Assembly: GCF_028641065.1 (NCBI RefSeq)
Contig: NC_073396.1
Location: 13,454,001 to 13,518,000, forward strand
Origin: Leucoraja erinacea
Taxonomy: Eukaryota
Length of the DNA stretch: 64,000 nt
Direction: 5' to 3'
Both the position numbers and the translations under genes were made by a program. This document shows positions 12,965 to 24,859 of this stretch, one piece after another (positions within the stretch are counted from its first letter, which is position 1; every line of letters begins with the position of its first letter). The notes under the pieces were generated by a model that saw only the letters and a list, made by a program, of their open reading frames with translations, ran no database searches and had not been told where the DNA came from.

Positions 12965-13150
12965 AACCTTTCTGTCCTGGGCCTCCTCCATGGCCAGAGT
13001 GAGGCCCACCGTAAATTGGAGAAGCAGCACCTCATATTTCGATTGGGCAGTTTACACCCCAGCGGTATGAACATTGACCTCCAATTTCAGATAGTCCCTA
13101 CTTTCTCCTCTCCTTCCCAGCTCTCCCTCAGCCTACTGTCTCCGCCTCTT
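12965..13150 (+). mobile_element. Penelope-like element, GIY-YIG endonuclease C-terminal fragment
   Basis: Manual translation LSVLGLLHGQSEAHRKLEKQHLIFRLGSLHPSGMNIDL fits the E-x2-LI-x2-L-x3-P-x-G-x-N GIY-YIG end motif; pyrimidine-rich 3'UTR follows. Confidence 0.8.
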
Positions 13151-13154
13151 CCTT

Positions 13155-13300
13155 TCATATGAAGCCAAATTTCTATCCAGTTGACTAGTTCTCCTTGGAT
13201 CCCATGAGATCTAGCCTTCCAGAGCATCCTACCAGGCAGAGCCTTATCAAATGCCTTGCTGAAGTCCATATGGACAATGTCGATGGCTTTTACTTGAGCA
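13155..13300 (-). mobile_element. CR1 RT fragment
   Basis: DIVHMDFSKAFDKA...KARSHGIQGELVNWIEIWL. Confidence 0.8.
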
Positions 13301-13384
13301 ATAGATGTCACAGCTCCCAGAGAGGACTATCTGATGAAAATGGGGTCTGCTGGAGTGTTGCTTCTCTGAGAAGTGCAAAGAAGA

Positions 13385-13626
13385 GGTGCAGCCTCAGTGC
13401 CAGAGACTCTGGTTCGATTCCATCCTTGTGTGCTGTCTGTGCAGAGTTTGCACGTTCGCCCTGTGATGTCCAACGACGTACAGGTTTGTAGGCTAATTGT
13501 CTTCTTTACATTGCCCCTGGTGTGTAAGATGGGGGTGGCATAGACCTTGTGAACAGGTGATCGATGGTTGGTGTGGACTTGGTGGGCCATAGGACCTGTT
13601 TCCACACTGTATCTCTAAACTAAAAC
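13385..13626 (+). mobile_element. HE1-type SINE (internally deleted)
   Basis: B box ggttcgattcc; 3' end tgtatctctaaactaaa. Confidence 0.7.
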
Positions 13627-13649
13627 GAGCTTGTCTCCCTAGGGGAAAG

Positions 13650-14092
13650 CTTTTTTATTTTTTATAATTTATTTATTAGAAGCAAGTACAATACTGTGGC
13701 ACCTTTTTTCAGGTGCCAAATATATGTTGGCATGTTACATTCTATGTACAGCTTCACTTTTGTTTAAATGAGAGAGGGAAAGAGAGACTAGATAATAGAG
13801 AATAAAAAAACATGTGATGTATAGTGTGTGAGAATGAGAATGAAAAGGAAAAGAGAGAGAAAGTGAGGAAAATAAGTAAAAATGAAGAAAGAGAGAGAGA
13901 AAGAGTAGAAAATAGGAGATAAGTATTTATATTCTTGACCATCTTTCACCCAGTCCTGAAACAGTTGGTTTTTACTATTTTGTTGCACCATATGCTTCCA
14001 AGAAGTCAATAAATGGAGACCAACATGTTAAGAATTGGTCTGGTTTATCTGTTAGGAGGAATCGCATTTCTTCAAGATGTGCTGTGTCCAAA
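13650..14092 (-). mobile_element. L1-clade LINE 3' end with TSD
   Basis: LDTAHLEEMRFLLTDKPDQFLTCWSPFIDFL* (fish L1 ORF2 end), aataaa and A-rich tail; flanks ccctaggggaaag (13637-13649) and ccctaagggaaag (14093-14105). Confidence 0.75.
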
Positions 14093-15149
14093 CCCTAAGG
14101 GAAAGAGACTAAATTAGTTATCTGTGAACAGACCTTCTACCTGAGGAATATTTTAATGTATCAAAAATACTACTACATGGAACTTTTTAACGGATGTGAA
14201 CAATTCAGTCTGCAAAACTTTGTGTAGTTAGTAATAAATAATGTCTACATTCCCCTACCTAATATAACTGTGACTACTGGTAGAAAATAATTTGCTGATT
14301 GCAATTCCGTTTCCGATGTCACGAGTCAAGAAGTATAAAAGTGTGGTGCATACATGCAAGTTCTATCTTTCATCTGCTTGTTACTGTTACACATCAAAAT
14401 TGTCCCCTTGAAGCTACTTCAGTTACTGTGGAAATGCCAAAAGAGATCTCAGCGTTGCAAGGATGTGGGAGGATTGGTGACTAATCCCACAGACAAGTGC
14501 GTAGGGCATTAAAGTTATGTATCTTGGCTCGAGTCTCACTGCAAACATCAAACAACTTTTCTTCCTGGTGGTAAATTACCCTGATTTCTTTCAAATATCC
14601 TGACCTTATTAAACTTTATCCCAAGTACATCGTTATAAAAATAATTGGCACAATTCCAGATGTGACATTTGGAATCGGCTTGCACTTTGCCAGATGTGGA
14701 ATCAGAGTGAGGGATGGAATCACAGAATCGTACAGTACAGGCCCAGGTCCATCGACCTTGGAAAATGAGGGGACATCTGCCCTTTGCCAGACAAATCCAT
14801 GGCCACCTGTGGCAAAATAACTAAACCAGAGATCAGTGCAAGATGGCGCAGCCGGTATTGAGAATGAGAGGTTATGGAGCTGGACGTCGGAGAGACAGAG
14901 AGGGAGAGATATGGATAGTGGAATGGTTTTTCACAACTGCCAAATCAAAGGGTGCAGTGAATCCCAACTGGTGAGATCAGTTTGAATTGGCCTTTTGGTT
15001 TTAAAAGTTCAAAGTAATACTTAGAACCACCATTAACCATAAAACCTTCTGAAGGTTTAGTCCTATTGTAAGCTGCTCTCCAGACAGCTACACCTGAACC
15101 AAGTATCTTCCCACAAGCTAGACAGGTCTGGATTACTTTTCCTTCGTGA

Positions 15150-15320
15150 GTTTACTTTAGTTTAGAGATTCAATGTGGAAACCAACACTTTGACCCACTG
15201 AGTCCACGCCAACCAGCGATCCCCGTACACTAACACTATCCGACACACTAGGGACAATTTGCAATTTGCAATTTTAACTGAAGCCAATTAACCTACAAAT
15301 CTATATGTCTTTGCAGAGTT
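15150..15320 (-). mobile_element. HE1-type SINE 3' half
   Basis: tttagtttagagat...gatccccgtacactaacactatcc...gaagccaattaacctacaaa. Confidence 0.75.
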
Positions 15321-15334
15321 CACTTGATCATTGA

Positions 15335-15710
15335 GTTGCAAGTTCAAGTCCAGCTCCAGAGACTTGAGCACCAGTATCTAGGTTGGTAGATCATTGCCAC
15401 ACTGTAGGATATGTCTAGTAAATGAATGAGATGTTCATTCATGGCTCTGTCTGCTCTCTTAAGCAGATGTTAGAGATCTCAGGATGTTATTTTGAAAACC
15501 AGAGGACACATACCCTATGCCTTGGCCAATCGTTACCACAAAGGTTCTCTGATCATTGTGATATTACTGCTTGTGGGACCTTGCTTTACACAAATTGTCT
15601 GCAGCTTTTCCTACCTTGCCATAATGGCTGCACCTGCATAGTGATTCATTAGAAGTGACGTGGTTAAGGCAGTCCTGAATGTAACAAGGAAATGTGTTAT
15701 AAATTATTCT
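15335..15710 (+). mobile_element. Ancient Deu-domain SINE (SacSINE1/AmnSINE1-like)
   Basis: gttcaagtcc..ctccagagacttgagcac head; gtctgctctcttaagcagatgttagagatc; tgcttgtgggaccttgct...caaattg.ctgc. Confidence 0.65.
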
Positions 15711-16062
15711 ATCTTCCAATCCATTTCTCAGCTAAACGATGCTGAATGCCCGTCTGCCCAGGGGTGAATCCTGCCTCATTGGTAGCATTCAGCTGCTGAG
15801 ATGCCAAAACAAACCGTGATCCTTCATCACATCTGCATAGATAGGATTCCACGTGTTATTTACAAAACGGTGGGCTATCAGGTTTTGTCACCCTAGTTGC
15901 CATGTAAGCCCAAAGATAGACAAGATGGTGAATGTCAAAATAATAACCTTTTGGGAATACGTTTCTTGTAAATGACCTGATCCTCCATTACATTTTTGCT
16001 GTTAGCTTCAATATAAAATCTGGTGCTCCAAGAAACTCTGGGGAGTGTTGGTGAACAATGTA

Positions 16063-16163
16063 GGTACATAAAAATGCTGGAGAAACTCAGTGGGTGCAGC
16101 AGCATCTACGGAGCGAAGGAAATGGGCAACGTTTCGGGTCGAAACCCTTCTTCAGACCTTAAA
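16063..16163 (-). mobile_element. Hammerhead micro-element, subfamily B
   Basis: ggtacataaaaatgctggagaaactcag...cccttcttcagac plus a tail remnant cttaaac; direct repeat aacaatg at 16054-16060 and 16162-16168. Confidence 0.8.
16125..16157 (-). ncRNA. Minimal type I hammerhead ribozyme motif
   Basis: Minus strand gu-CUGAAGA-A-GGGU(UUCG)ACCC-GAAAC-GUU-gcc; perfect stem II; activity untested. Confidence 0.6.
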
Positions 16164-16169
16164 CAATGA

Positions 16170-16710
16170 GATCTGGTATAATGATATAGTTCTCTGAAAA
16201 TTGCCTATAACAGGGTAGTGAAGAAGGCGGATGGCAAGCTTGCCTTCATCAGCCGAGGCATTGAATATACTGTAACAGTTGGGAGTCACTTTACAGTCGG
16301 TTTGGCTGCATTTGGAGTTTTGTGTGCAGTTCTGGTCACCACACGATAGAAAGATGTGATTTAGAGCGGGTGCAGAAAAGATTCATTAAAATGTTGCCTG
16401 GATTGGAGGGCTGGGATTATGTGGAGAGATTGGATAGCCTGAGTATTTTCTCTTGAGTGAAGGAGATGCAGACGAGATATGATCACGGCCTATAAAATTA
16501 TGAGGTATAGATAGGGTAGAAAGCAAGTGTAAACAGTAGGTTTGAGGTGAGAGGGAGGAGATTTAGAGGGGACCTGTGGGGATTTTTTTTCAATTAAAGA
16601 GTAACTGATATCTGGAACGGGCTGCCAGAGTAGGTGGTGGAGGCAGGAGCAGTGACAGCATTTAATAAGACTCTGTATGGGTGCTTGAATGAGCAGAACA
16701 TAAATGGATA
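16170..16710 (+). mobile_element. Degenerate CR1 ORF2 fragment
   Basis: tggagttttgtgtgcagttctggtcacc...gagcgggtgcagaaaagattca (LE.CVQFWSP...ERVQKRF). Confidence 0.75.
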
Positions 16711-17030
16711 GGGCGGCATGGTGGCTCAGTAATGGAGTTGCTGTCTTGCAGTGCCAGACACCCGGGTTCAATCCTGACCACGGGTGAAGTCTGCATGGAG
16801 CTTATACGTTCTCCCTGTGACTGCGTGGGTTTTGTCCGGCAACTCCGGTTTCCTTCCACACTCCAAAGACATACAGGTTTGTAGGTTAATTGGCTTTGGT
16901 AAAATTGTAAAATGTCCCTAGTGTGTAAGATAGTGCTAATGTATGGGGTGATCGCTGGTCGGCATGAACTTGGTGGGCCGAAGAGCCTGTTTCCGCACTC
17001 TATGCCTAAAGTCGAAAGTCTAAAGTCCAA
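16711..17030 (+). mobile_element. HE1-type SINE, full length
   Basis: gggcggcatggtggctcag head, B box gggttcaatcc, V-domain, (taaagtc)n tail. Confidence 0.88.
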
Positions 17031-17639
17031 ATTCCTTCTTTTGATCCGTCAGTAGGACTGACAGTCCTGGGGGTCCCTCAGATCAAATGCAACCAAGCCA
17101 TTGAAGTGTATCAAGTTAGAAAAGTGCTTGAGACTGGGATTTGAACTTGATCCCAGTGAATAAGGGGTCCTAGTATCCTATTGCTGCTGTTACTGGGTTG
17201 CCTCTCAGCTCATAAAAATGTCTAACTTGCCACAATCATAAATCAAGGCCAAATTCATATTTGGTGCCATACGGAACATTAAGAATTTCACAGATTAGTT
17301 CCACTAACAAATAAAATAGGTCTGCTTATCACTCATAATTAAAAGTGTTTTAGGCACTGCCAACCCTGGGGCACGCTGGGTACAAGAGGCTGAGCACACT
17401 CGTACAGAACAATGAAGGTTCACAACTGATCAATCAAGCATCTAGCTGGCCCACTTCAAACACCGAGGTCGATGGATTTATGGTCGCTTTTCGAAGGAGC
17501 AACTGGTTCCTCGTGTGACTCATTCTTTGTACGGCTTACAACCAACTTTCACGCAAGCCCGCTTAAAGGCGCACAACGTTTGCAATAACTTAACTTGCTA
17601 CAAGATGGATTGAACTGACCTCATATATACAAGGAGAAA

Positions 17640-18030
17640 GGGTCTTCAGAAATCGGCCTGTTTGAGTCTAAGTGTTCATGAGTTGATTTGGCATGAAGCG
17701 ATTTTCTTTTTGAAGATCTTTTGAAAAATCCACCTTAAGATTATTGCAAATAGAGCGATTTTAATAACCTGTTCTCTCCGACAACTTCATACAATCTCTT
17801 GATGTGAAGCAAAGTTTTCTTCTAATCTATGTCGACAGTGTCACTGTTTACAGACTATATCTTTCCCCCGCTTGTCATTTCTACCGATAACTTTACAACA
17901 TCTTGTATTCTTTCTCCAGAAATATGATTGCCAAGACCCCAAAGAAGCTGTGAATTGTCACACAGCTGTTGTTCCAAGTCTGTCTTTTGCTCTTCTAATT
18001 CCACTTTCTGGTCTTCCATCATAACTAACA
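17640..18030 (-). pseudogene. Possible highly decayed LINE ORF1 (coiled-coil/RRM type) relic
   Basis: ELEEQKTDLEQQLCDNSQLLWGL...GERIQDVV...DTVDI resembles DLE.YSRR.NL.L.G..E..GE....VV...D.VD..HR of L2/CR1/L1 ORF1; interrupted by stops. Confidence 0.3.
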
Positions 18031-18162
18031 ACCTCAGGACCACACAGGCATGGGTTATGTTGCCGCATGGGTTTAACAAGGACTATGGAATCAAAGCTAA
18101 GGAGATTCTGTTGTGTTCTGCAATGATGACTGGAGATCAGCCCTCAGCAACATACTGTTACA

Positions 18163-18597
18163 ATAACAACAACAACAACAATAGTAGGCCCTCCTTGGTC
18201 ATGACTGACCATGGGTGATACATCCTAGTTTGCAGGTGATGTGTGGTCGGATGCAAGCCTGGGCGATGTCATATGGAGGACAGGCTGTTGCCCATGCAGC
18301 ATGTTCCCCCCCTCCCCACGTCGCTGATCGATCCAAAGGAACAGCAGGGCCATTACAGTTTGGCACCAGCGCCGTCACAGGAGCTGCCAGAGCGAGGTTG
18401 TAGACAACGACGGACTCCGCCTCCGGATTTTCTCAAGGTTAATCCAGGAACCTTTTCCATGACTGGATATGGCCACAAGGCATAGTTTTACCTCTCCTAG
18501 ATGGACTGCCTTCCCAGCCCCATCTGCCCTAGACTCATGGGGGCGGCAGCGTCTACCTTCCTGTACACGTCTATAGCACCTGCCCACTACCCACATC
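18163..18597 (-). mobile_element. Short RTE-related non-autonomous element
   Basis: Minus strand has the RTE-like 5' motif gaaggcagtccatctaggagagg, a 3' end ccatggtcagtcatgacc..ggagggcctacta and a (ttg)n tail. Confidence 0.5.
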
Positions 18598-18680
18598 AAC
18601 AACGATAATAAAACGTCAATTTAGTAGTTTTGTATTATTCCGACTACATTCTATCTCTGTCCCGTCCACTCCTCTGACAT

Positions 18681-18812
18681 CAGTCTGAAGAAGGATCTCG
18701 ACCCGAAATGTCACCCATTGCTTCTCTCCAGAGATGCTGCCTGTCCCGCTGAGTTACTCCAGCATTTTGTGCCTACCTTCGATTTAAACCAGCATCTGCA
18801 GTTCTTTCCTAC
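18681..18812 (+). mobile_element. Penelope-like terminal repeat A with hammerhead-like core and tail
   Basis: cagtCTGAAGAaggatctcgacccGAAAtGTCacc...gagttactccagcattttgtg...ccagcatctgcagttc. Confidence 0.8.
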
Positions 18813-18815
18813 TCA

Positions 18816-19015
18816 ATTTAGTTTAGTTTGGTTTAGAGATACAGCGCAGTAACAGGCCCTTAGGCCCATCTGGTTCTCTCTGACCAGTGATCCCCATACA
18901 CTAGCATGATCGTACACACTAGGGACAATTTACAATTCTTACTGAAGCCAATTAACCTACAAACCTGTACATCTTTGGAATGTGGGAGGAAACCAGAACT
19001 CCCGGAGAAATCCCA
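18816..19015 (-). mobile_element. HE1-type SINE running into the gap (a head fragment lies at 19340-19425)
   Basis: (tttag)n tail, V-domain tgtgggaggaaacc. Confidence 0.8.
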
Positions 19016-19186
19016 NNNNNNNNNNNNNNNNNNNNNNNNNNNNNNNNNNNNNNNNNNNNNNNNNNNNNNNNNNNNNNNNNNNNNNNNNNNNNNNNNNNNN
19101 NNNNNNNNNNNNNNNNNNNNNNNNNNNNNNNNNNNNNNNNNNNNNNNNNNNNNNNNNNNNNNNNNNNNNNNNNNNNNNNNNNNNNN
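19016..19186. other. Assembly gap
   Basis: N run. Confidence 1.
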
Positions 19187-20607
19187 GTGTGTGTGTATAT
19201 ACACTGAACATTTTTTCTCTCTCTCGTTTATCATATTGTTTATAGTGATTTATGTTTACATATTCTGTTGTGCTGCAGCAAGTAATAATTTAACTGTTCT
19301 ACCTGGGATGTATGACAAGAAAACACTCTTGACTCTTGAGAACATACAAACTCAGTACAGACAGCACCCATAGTCAGGATCGAACCCGGGGCCCTGGCGC
19401 TGTAGCGCAGCAACTCTAACGCTGTGCGAGGTGGTGGTTGCATTAGTTGGAGCTCCATGGTTTCTCAGTGCAGCCTAACAAGACCCCGGACAAATGGAAT
19501 TGTTTCTCGGCAGATGCTTGTCAAGTGGAACCTTTGAAGTGATGGACAAGGCCAATGTATTTGAGTCCTTATTTCCTGTACCACCTTCTTTCACTCTTTT
19601 ACAGGCAAATTCTCCAGTGGTCCCAATATGTGGATAAAAAGAAAGTCGGGCTGAAGGCCTCTGAAATGCTGAGTTGTGTAACTCACCAACCACCTCACAT
19701 TGGCCCGGTCAGCAGGTTGTCGAAGGGTCAGTAGGTTGATGAAGGGTGGGATGTGAAGCTAGTGCCTGTAGTTGAGCAAGTAGCATTCTCACAACCTCCT
19801 CCTTTCCAATTCTTTTGTTCCTCCTTCAATAAAAAATCTATTTGACCTTAGAAACAATTACGCGATCAAACCTTATAAATCTATAGCGATAGAATTTCTC
19901 GTAAAAATGTCAGTGGAATTCATGGAGATTAAAAGCCTGCTTGGACTTGGATGTTCAACTTTTTTTTTTAAAAACAGAGTGAGGTATTGCCCTGTAATGG
20001 CCACAAAATATTTTAGCACCTGGTGCCATTTACGTCCCCAGGGAGATGGTGTTAAATTTAGAAAGGTGAGATAATTTTCATAAAAGTTCAAGACTGAAGG
20101 AATGACAGGAGACTGCTCATGAAATATTTCCATGAGTACAAAAAATCTGTACAAAACAAACTCGTGAAATACAAAGAAATTAAAGCAAGCTTGAAGTGGT
20201 AGTTCTCTAAGATGTATGCAAATGGATGGTTGATGGATTTGGTGGGCTGTAGGGTCTGTTTAGGCACTGCAACTTTCTCTTTGCTTCGAAGCTAAGTAAA
20301 GAGTTTATCTGACCGTGTTGGACAACGTCTTTATAATTTACCATTTTCTTTCACTCCCTGCATGAACCAAGGCAGGTTACAGCCATTCATGCAGACCAGG
20401 AGAGTGAGAGCAATAGAATAGCACTTTCTGTGACCTTTACGTGTCCTCAAAGGCTGAGCTTTTTCATATCACTGCCAGGCCAAAAATGATGATAATGTGT
20501 AGATTGATGCGGAGAGTATTACAAAGGCTGGAGGTGCCTTCTTTTAAACGAGACATTAATCCTTCGGTGGACATGAAAGGCCCTGCCCATCAGATACCAC
20601 CTTGAAT

Positions 20608-20803
20608 GGCGCAGAGGGCAGTGGAGGCCAAATCACTGGATGGATTTAAGAGAGAGTTAGACAGAGCTCTAGGGGCTGATGGAATCGAGGGATATGGGGA
20701 GAAGGCAGGCACGAGTTATTGATTGGGGACGATCAGCCATGCTCACAATGAATGGCTCGAAGGGCTGAATGGACTCCACCTGCACCTATTTTCTATGTTT
20801 CTA
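20608..20803 (+). mobile_element. CR1/HER1 3' end
   Basis: Close match to 1020-1222. Confidence 0.88.
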
Positions 20804-21069
20804 AACTTTTCACCCTTTCGCCCAATGGTTCAATGGTAGGCAGTAATCTGCCACGCAACCACCTACTTCCGAAGAAAAGGGTGCTCAGGGTTTTCAATCA
20901 CAGGCTTCCTGGTTGGAGGCAGTCTCCTATGGCCAAGTGATTTTGTTTCCTGGAAATGATTAGCCAATTAATTTAAAATGCACGTAAAATTCACCCAATT
21001 CGGGTTAAACTCCGAGGAACGGCATCTGCTGAAGTGATGTAATTCCCACAGTAACTAGGTGTAGTAGTA

Positions 21070-21295
21070 CAGGGTGATGAATCTGTGCAATTCATTGCCA
21101 CTGACGGCTGTGGGGGATAGGTCAATGGATAATTGTAAGGCAGAGATTGATGGATTCTTGGTTAGTACAGGCGTCAGGAGTTATCGGGAGAAGACAGGTG
21201 AATGAGGTTGAGAGGGAAAGATAGATCAACCATGATTGAATGGCAGAGTAGACTTGATGGGCCAATTGGCCCAATTCTGCTCCAGAACTTATGAA
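21070..21295 (+). mobile_element. CR1 3' fragment
   Basis: Same subfamily as 3970-4200. Confidence 0.75.
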
Positions 21296-21464
21296 GATGA
21301 ATTCAGCACTTTTCCTGAGGCAGACAACAAGGAAACCACTTGATAGTTACCACAGATGGATTTGTCTCCACTTTTGAGGTTGGTCACAATGATGTGTATC
21401 TCAAGTGACAATGGACATGATAATCAGCGATCGTCAACTCTAATGGTGCACCAGCCATCATAAA

Positions 21465-22050
21465 GGAATTTTTTTTTTAACCACACCAAAGCCTTTGACT
21501 ACATGAAAGACTGTGAAGGACAACAAAACATTCTCATCAAATTTGCCTGCCCACAGAAGTATATCTCCATCTTATCATTAACCATATAACCATATAACAA
21601 TTACAGCACGGAAATAGGCCATCTCGGCCCTACAAGTCCGTGCCGAACAATTTTTTTTTTCCCCTTAGTCCCACCTGCCTGCACTCATACCATAACCCTC
21701 CATTCCCTTCTCATCCATGTGCCTATCCAATTTATTTTTAAATGATACCAATGAACCTGCCTCCACCACTTCCACTGGGAGCTCATTCCACACCGCCACC
21801 ACTCTCTGAGTAAAGAAGTTCCCCCTCGTATTACCCCTAAACTTCTGTCCCTTAATTCTGAAGTCATGTCCTCTTGTTTGAATCTTCCCTATTCTCAAAG
21901 GGAAAAGCTTGTCCACATCATTGTTATATGATGTCATGCGAGCTGTGATCTAACCATAGGTCTGCATCTGACCTCAGTGGAGCCCTGTGCCAAAACGTGC
22001 TTTGGCATTATTCCAACACTTTTCTCAATCTTTCTTGCCACCAACAACCT
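21465..22050 (+). mobile_element. Ancient RTE-BovB-like RT remnant split by a CR1 insertion
   Basis: TKAFD...ILIKFACPQKYISIL before, and LLYDVMRAVI...IIPTLFSIFL after, the insert. Confidence 0.55.
21582..21920 (-). mobile_element. CR1 3' end (young)
   Basis: ORF 21665-21937 TRGHDFRIKGQKFRGNTRGNFFTQRVVAVWNELP; (atggtt)n-like tail. Confidence 0.88.
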
Positions 22051-22083
22051 TCCTGCAGGAGTGGAAGGTTTCAAAACACTTCA

Positions 22084-22400
22084 ATAATAATAATAATAAT
22101 AATAATAACTTTATTTGTTAAGCACCTTAAAAACAACCAAAGCTGACCAAAGTGCTGTACAGAAAAAAGAAAACAAGCAAGACATCATAAAACAGGCAGA
22201 ACAACAGAACATACAACTAACACGAGGCGCATAAATTACATACAAAAAATCCAAACAATAAATTAAAAAACATAAAACACGAGTACGAACAACGCAGCAA
22301 AACCAAGCAAATAAAGTTAATAAACAATTCAACACCTCACTGGTCTACATAGGCCATGGAGAATAGATATGTCTTCAGGAGTGACTTAAAAACAGCTAGA
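22084..22400 (-). mobile_element. L2 LINE 3' end
   Basis: FKSLLKTYLFSMAY* ORF2 end, tgtacagcactttggtcagc...aaggtgctt stem region, aataaag and (tta)n tail. Confidence 0.8.
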
Positions 22401-22479
22401 GAAAATAAAATAAAATAAAATAAAATAAAACAAACTGATGGAGGATCTTAGGGGATCAAAGGCTGGTCTTTGGAGATCC

Positions 22480-22900
22480 AAACTGATGTCTGTCAATTCC
22501 ATCCACAGATGCTGCCTGACCTGCTGTGTTCTTCCGGCAGCTTGTTATTTGCTCAAGATTCCAGCATCTGCAGTATTTTTTGTAACTCCAAGAAACCTAA
22601 AATGTTGACCATTCCTTTCCATCCACAGATGCTGCTTCACCCGCTGAGTTCCCCCAATAGACTTGTTTGTTGACTTGTTAAACAATCTGCCCTCTCAACC
22701 GGAAGGTCCATCATCCTGTTTCAGGATATTAATTCAGGTTAGATCCCCTAAATTGACTCTGTGTGGACAAAAGATCTCTGACCTGAAACGTCAGCTCTGG
22801 TTCTCTTCCCACTGCTACTGCCTGACCTGCTGAACATTTCCAATGATTTCTGTTTTTATTTCAGCTATTCATCATCTGCAGCTTTCTTTTTTGATTTCTG
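22480..22900 (+). mobile_element. Cluster of three old Penelope-like terminal repeats
   Basis: Repeated gatgctgc.tgacc.gctg and ccagcatctgcag blocks. Confidence 0.6.
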
Positions 22901-23049
22901 ATCCATTACCCAATTTTGACAAGTTTAGGAATGTTCTACTTTTGGTTTTAGTTATCTCTTAACCAACAACATGATCTGACCATTTGTACATTCTTCCACA
23001 GGCTTGTGAAGATTGCTATATCTAAATAGTTATAGCTATATCTAAACAG

Positions 23050-23175
23050 AATCTGAAGAGGGGTCCTGACCCAAAATGTCACTGTTCATGTCTTCCAGAG
23101 ATGATGCCTGGCCCGCTGAGTTACTCCAGCACTGTGTTTTGCTCAAGATGCCAGCATCTGCTGTTCTTGTATCTC
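23050..23175 (+). mobile_element. Penelope-like terminal repeat A
   Basis: tCTGAAGAggggtcctgacccaaaatGTCac...cccgctgagttactccagcac. Confidence 0.75.
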
Positions 23176-24452
23176 CAACCAGGTTACTGTGCTTCAGACC
23201 GTACCAAACTAACTATACTTCAAATGTGCTTGGTCTCCCATTCTCAAATCACAATGGAGGTCCTAAGATTATGAAAGCCACGGTGCCAAATACAATATTT
23301 TATTTATTGTTACAGGCAACTGAATCATCTACCATAGCCAGAGAGCAGTCATGAACTACTATCTATCTCAATGGTGACTCTCGGACTATCCTTGATCGGT
23401 CTTTGCTGGCTTTACCTTGCACTAAACGTTATTCCCTTATCATGTATCTACATACTGTAAACTGATCGATTGTAATCATGTGTTGTCTTTCTGCTGACTG
23501 GATAGCACGCAGCAAAAGCTTTTCACTGTACCTTGGCACATGTGACAATAAACTAAACTAATCAACAATATTTAAATAAAAGTTAAAGAATCAGAACAAA
23601 TATAGCTTCATAGGGCCTGTCCTGTTTTTCCTTTCAAGCGCAGAACATCTGAAAACTGCCCACGCTACTATAACGTCCCTTAAGCTTGAGCAGTTTTTAT
23701 TTTAAACTGTATCCACTGATAGAGAGCATTTGGAGGACTCCAATGTTTGTGACAATTCCACTACTTTCCATTATTGGCAAAAATAAAGGTGGATTCTTAT
23801 AAAGCATAAATTTTTCACAAAACCTAAAACCCAACTGTACAGGGATCACTGGTCTGCATGGACTTGGTGGGCTGTAGAGCCTGTTTCTGCGCTGTATACC
23901 CAAACTAATCCCTAAACTAACAACTAAACTAACAACTAAACTAAACTATAAACAAAACTAAACTAAAACCCAGCTCTGAGCAAAGGACTAGTGTTTTAAA
24001 AACAGAAAATCGGCATGATTTTCAAATCATTAATTACTTTGGCCAATTACATTCCTTTTTGGCAAATCATTCCGTTTTTATTAACTACTTAGCTCTGCAA
24101 ATATTACACATCAGTTATGAATACGAATTCAATTTGCAATTGTGATTGTTTACTGAACTCCATGACAACAGAGTGCTGGGAACATACTGTTCAGTCCAAG
24201 ACTTAAAACAAATGAGAAATAAATTAATGTATTTATTGCTCCTATATATAATTTGAATGCATTGAAGTCCAAAAGACTTGTAAATCATTTTGGATGATTT
24301 GTGTTTTCCAAATTATCCCATTTTCTTCTTTTTAAATCGGATCCCAGAGGAATAACAAACTGAGAACATTTCCCCACTCTTAGCACCATAGATAATATCT
24401 CGCTGATATTCATGTTACTGCATTGTTATCCGTGTGATTGAATGCCGATGAT

Positions 24453-24715
24453 TTTAGTTTAGTTTAGGGATACAGCATGGAAATAGGCCCTTCGGCCCAC
24501 CGAGCCCATGTCGGCCAGCTGTTCACGCTAATTATATTTTATCCCACTTTCACATCCACTCCCGACACACGAGGGGCACACAGCAGCCAACTAATCTATA
24601 AACCTGCACGTCTTCAGCATGTGGGAATAAGACATAGGATTCGAGGTCAGGATCGAACCTGGGTCTCCGGTGCTATGAGGCAGCAGCTCTACAGGCTGTG
24701 CCACTGTGCTGTCCT
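24453..24715 (-). mobile_element. HE1-type SINE
   Basis: Tail (tttag)n; ggatcgaacctggg is a revcomp B box. Confidence 0.7.
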
Positions 24716-24859
24716 TCTCTGTGAAAGTGGAAATGCAGCCTTTTTGTGGGAATCACAATACCTGCCATACCATCTCAGGTTGTGATGCACACATACCAGA
24801 TGTTGGGTTTTAGGAATTGCATGCAATGATGACCTCCATTGCACAAAGCATATTTTAAT

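Noticed and set aside
18860-19373. ORFs spanning N runs (also near 51.8 kb and 55.8 kb)
   Set aside because: Artefacts of assembly gaps.
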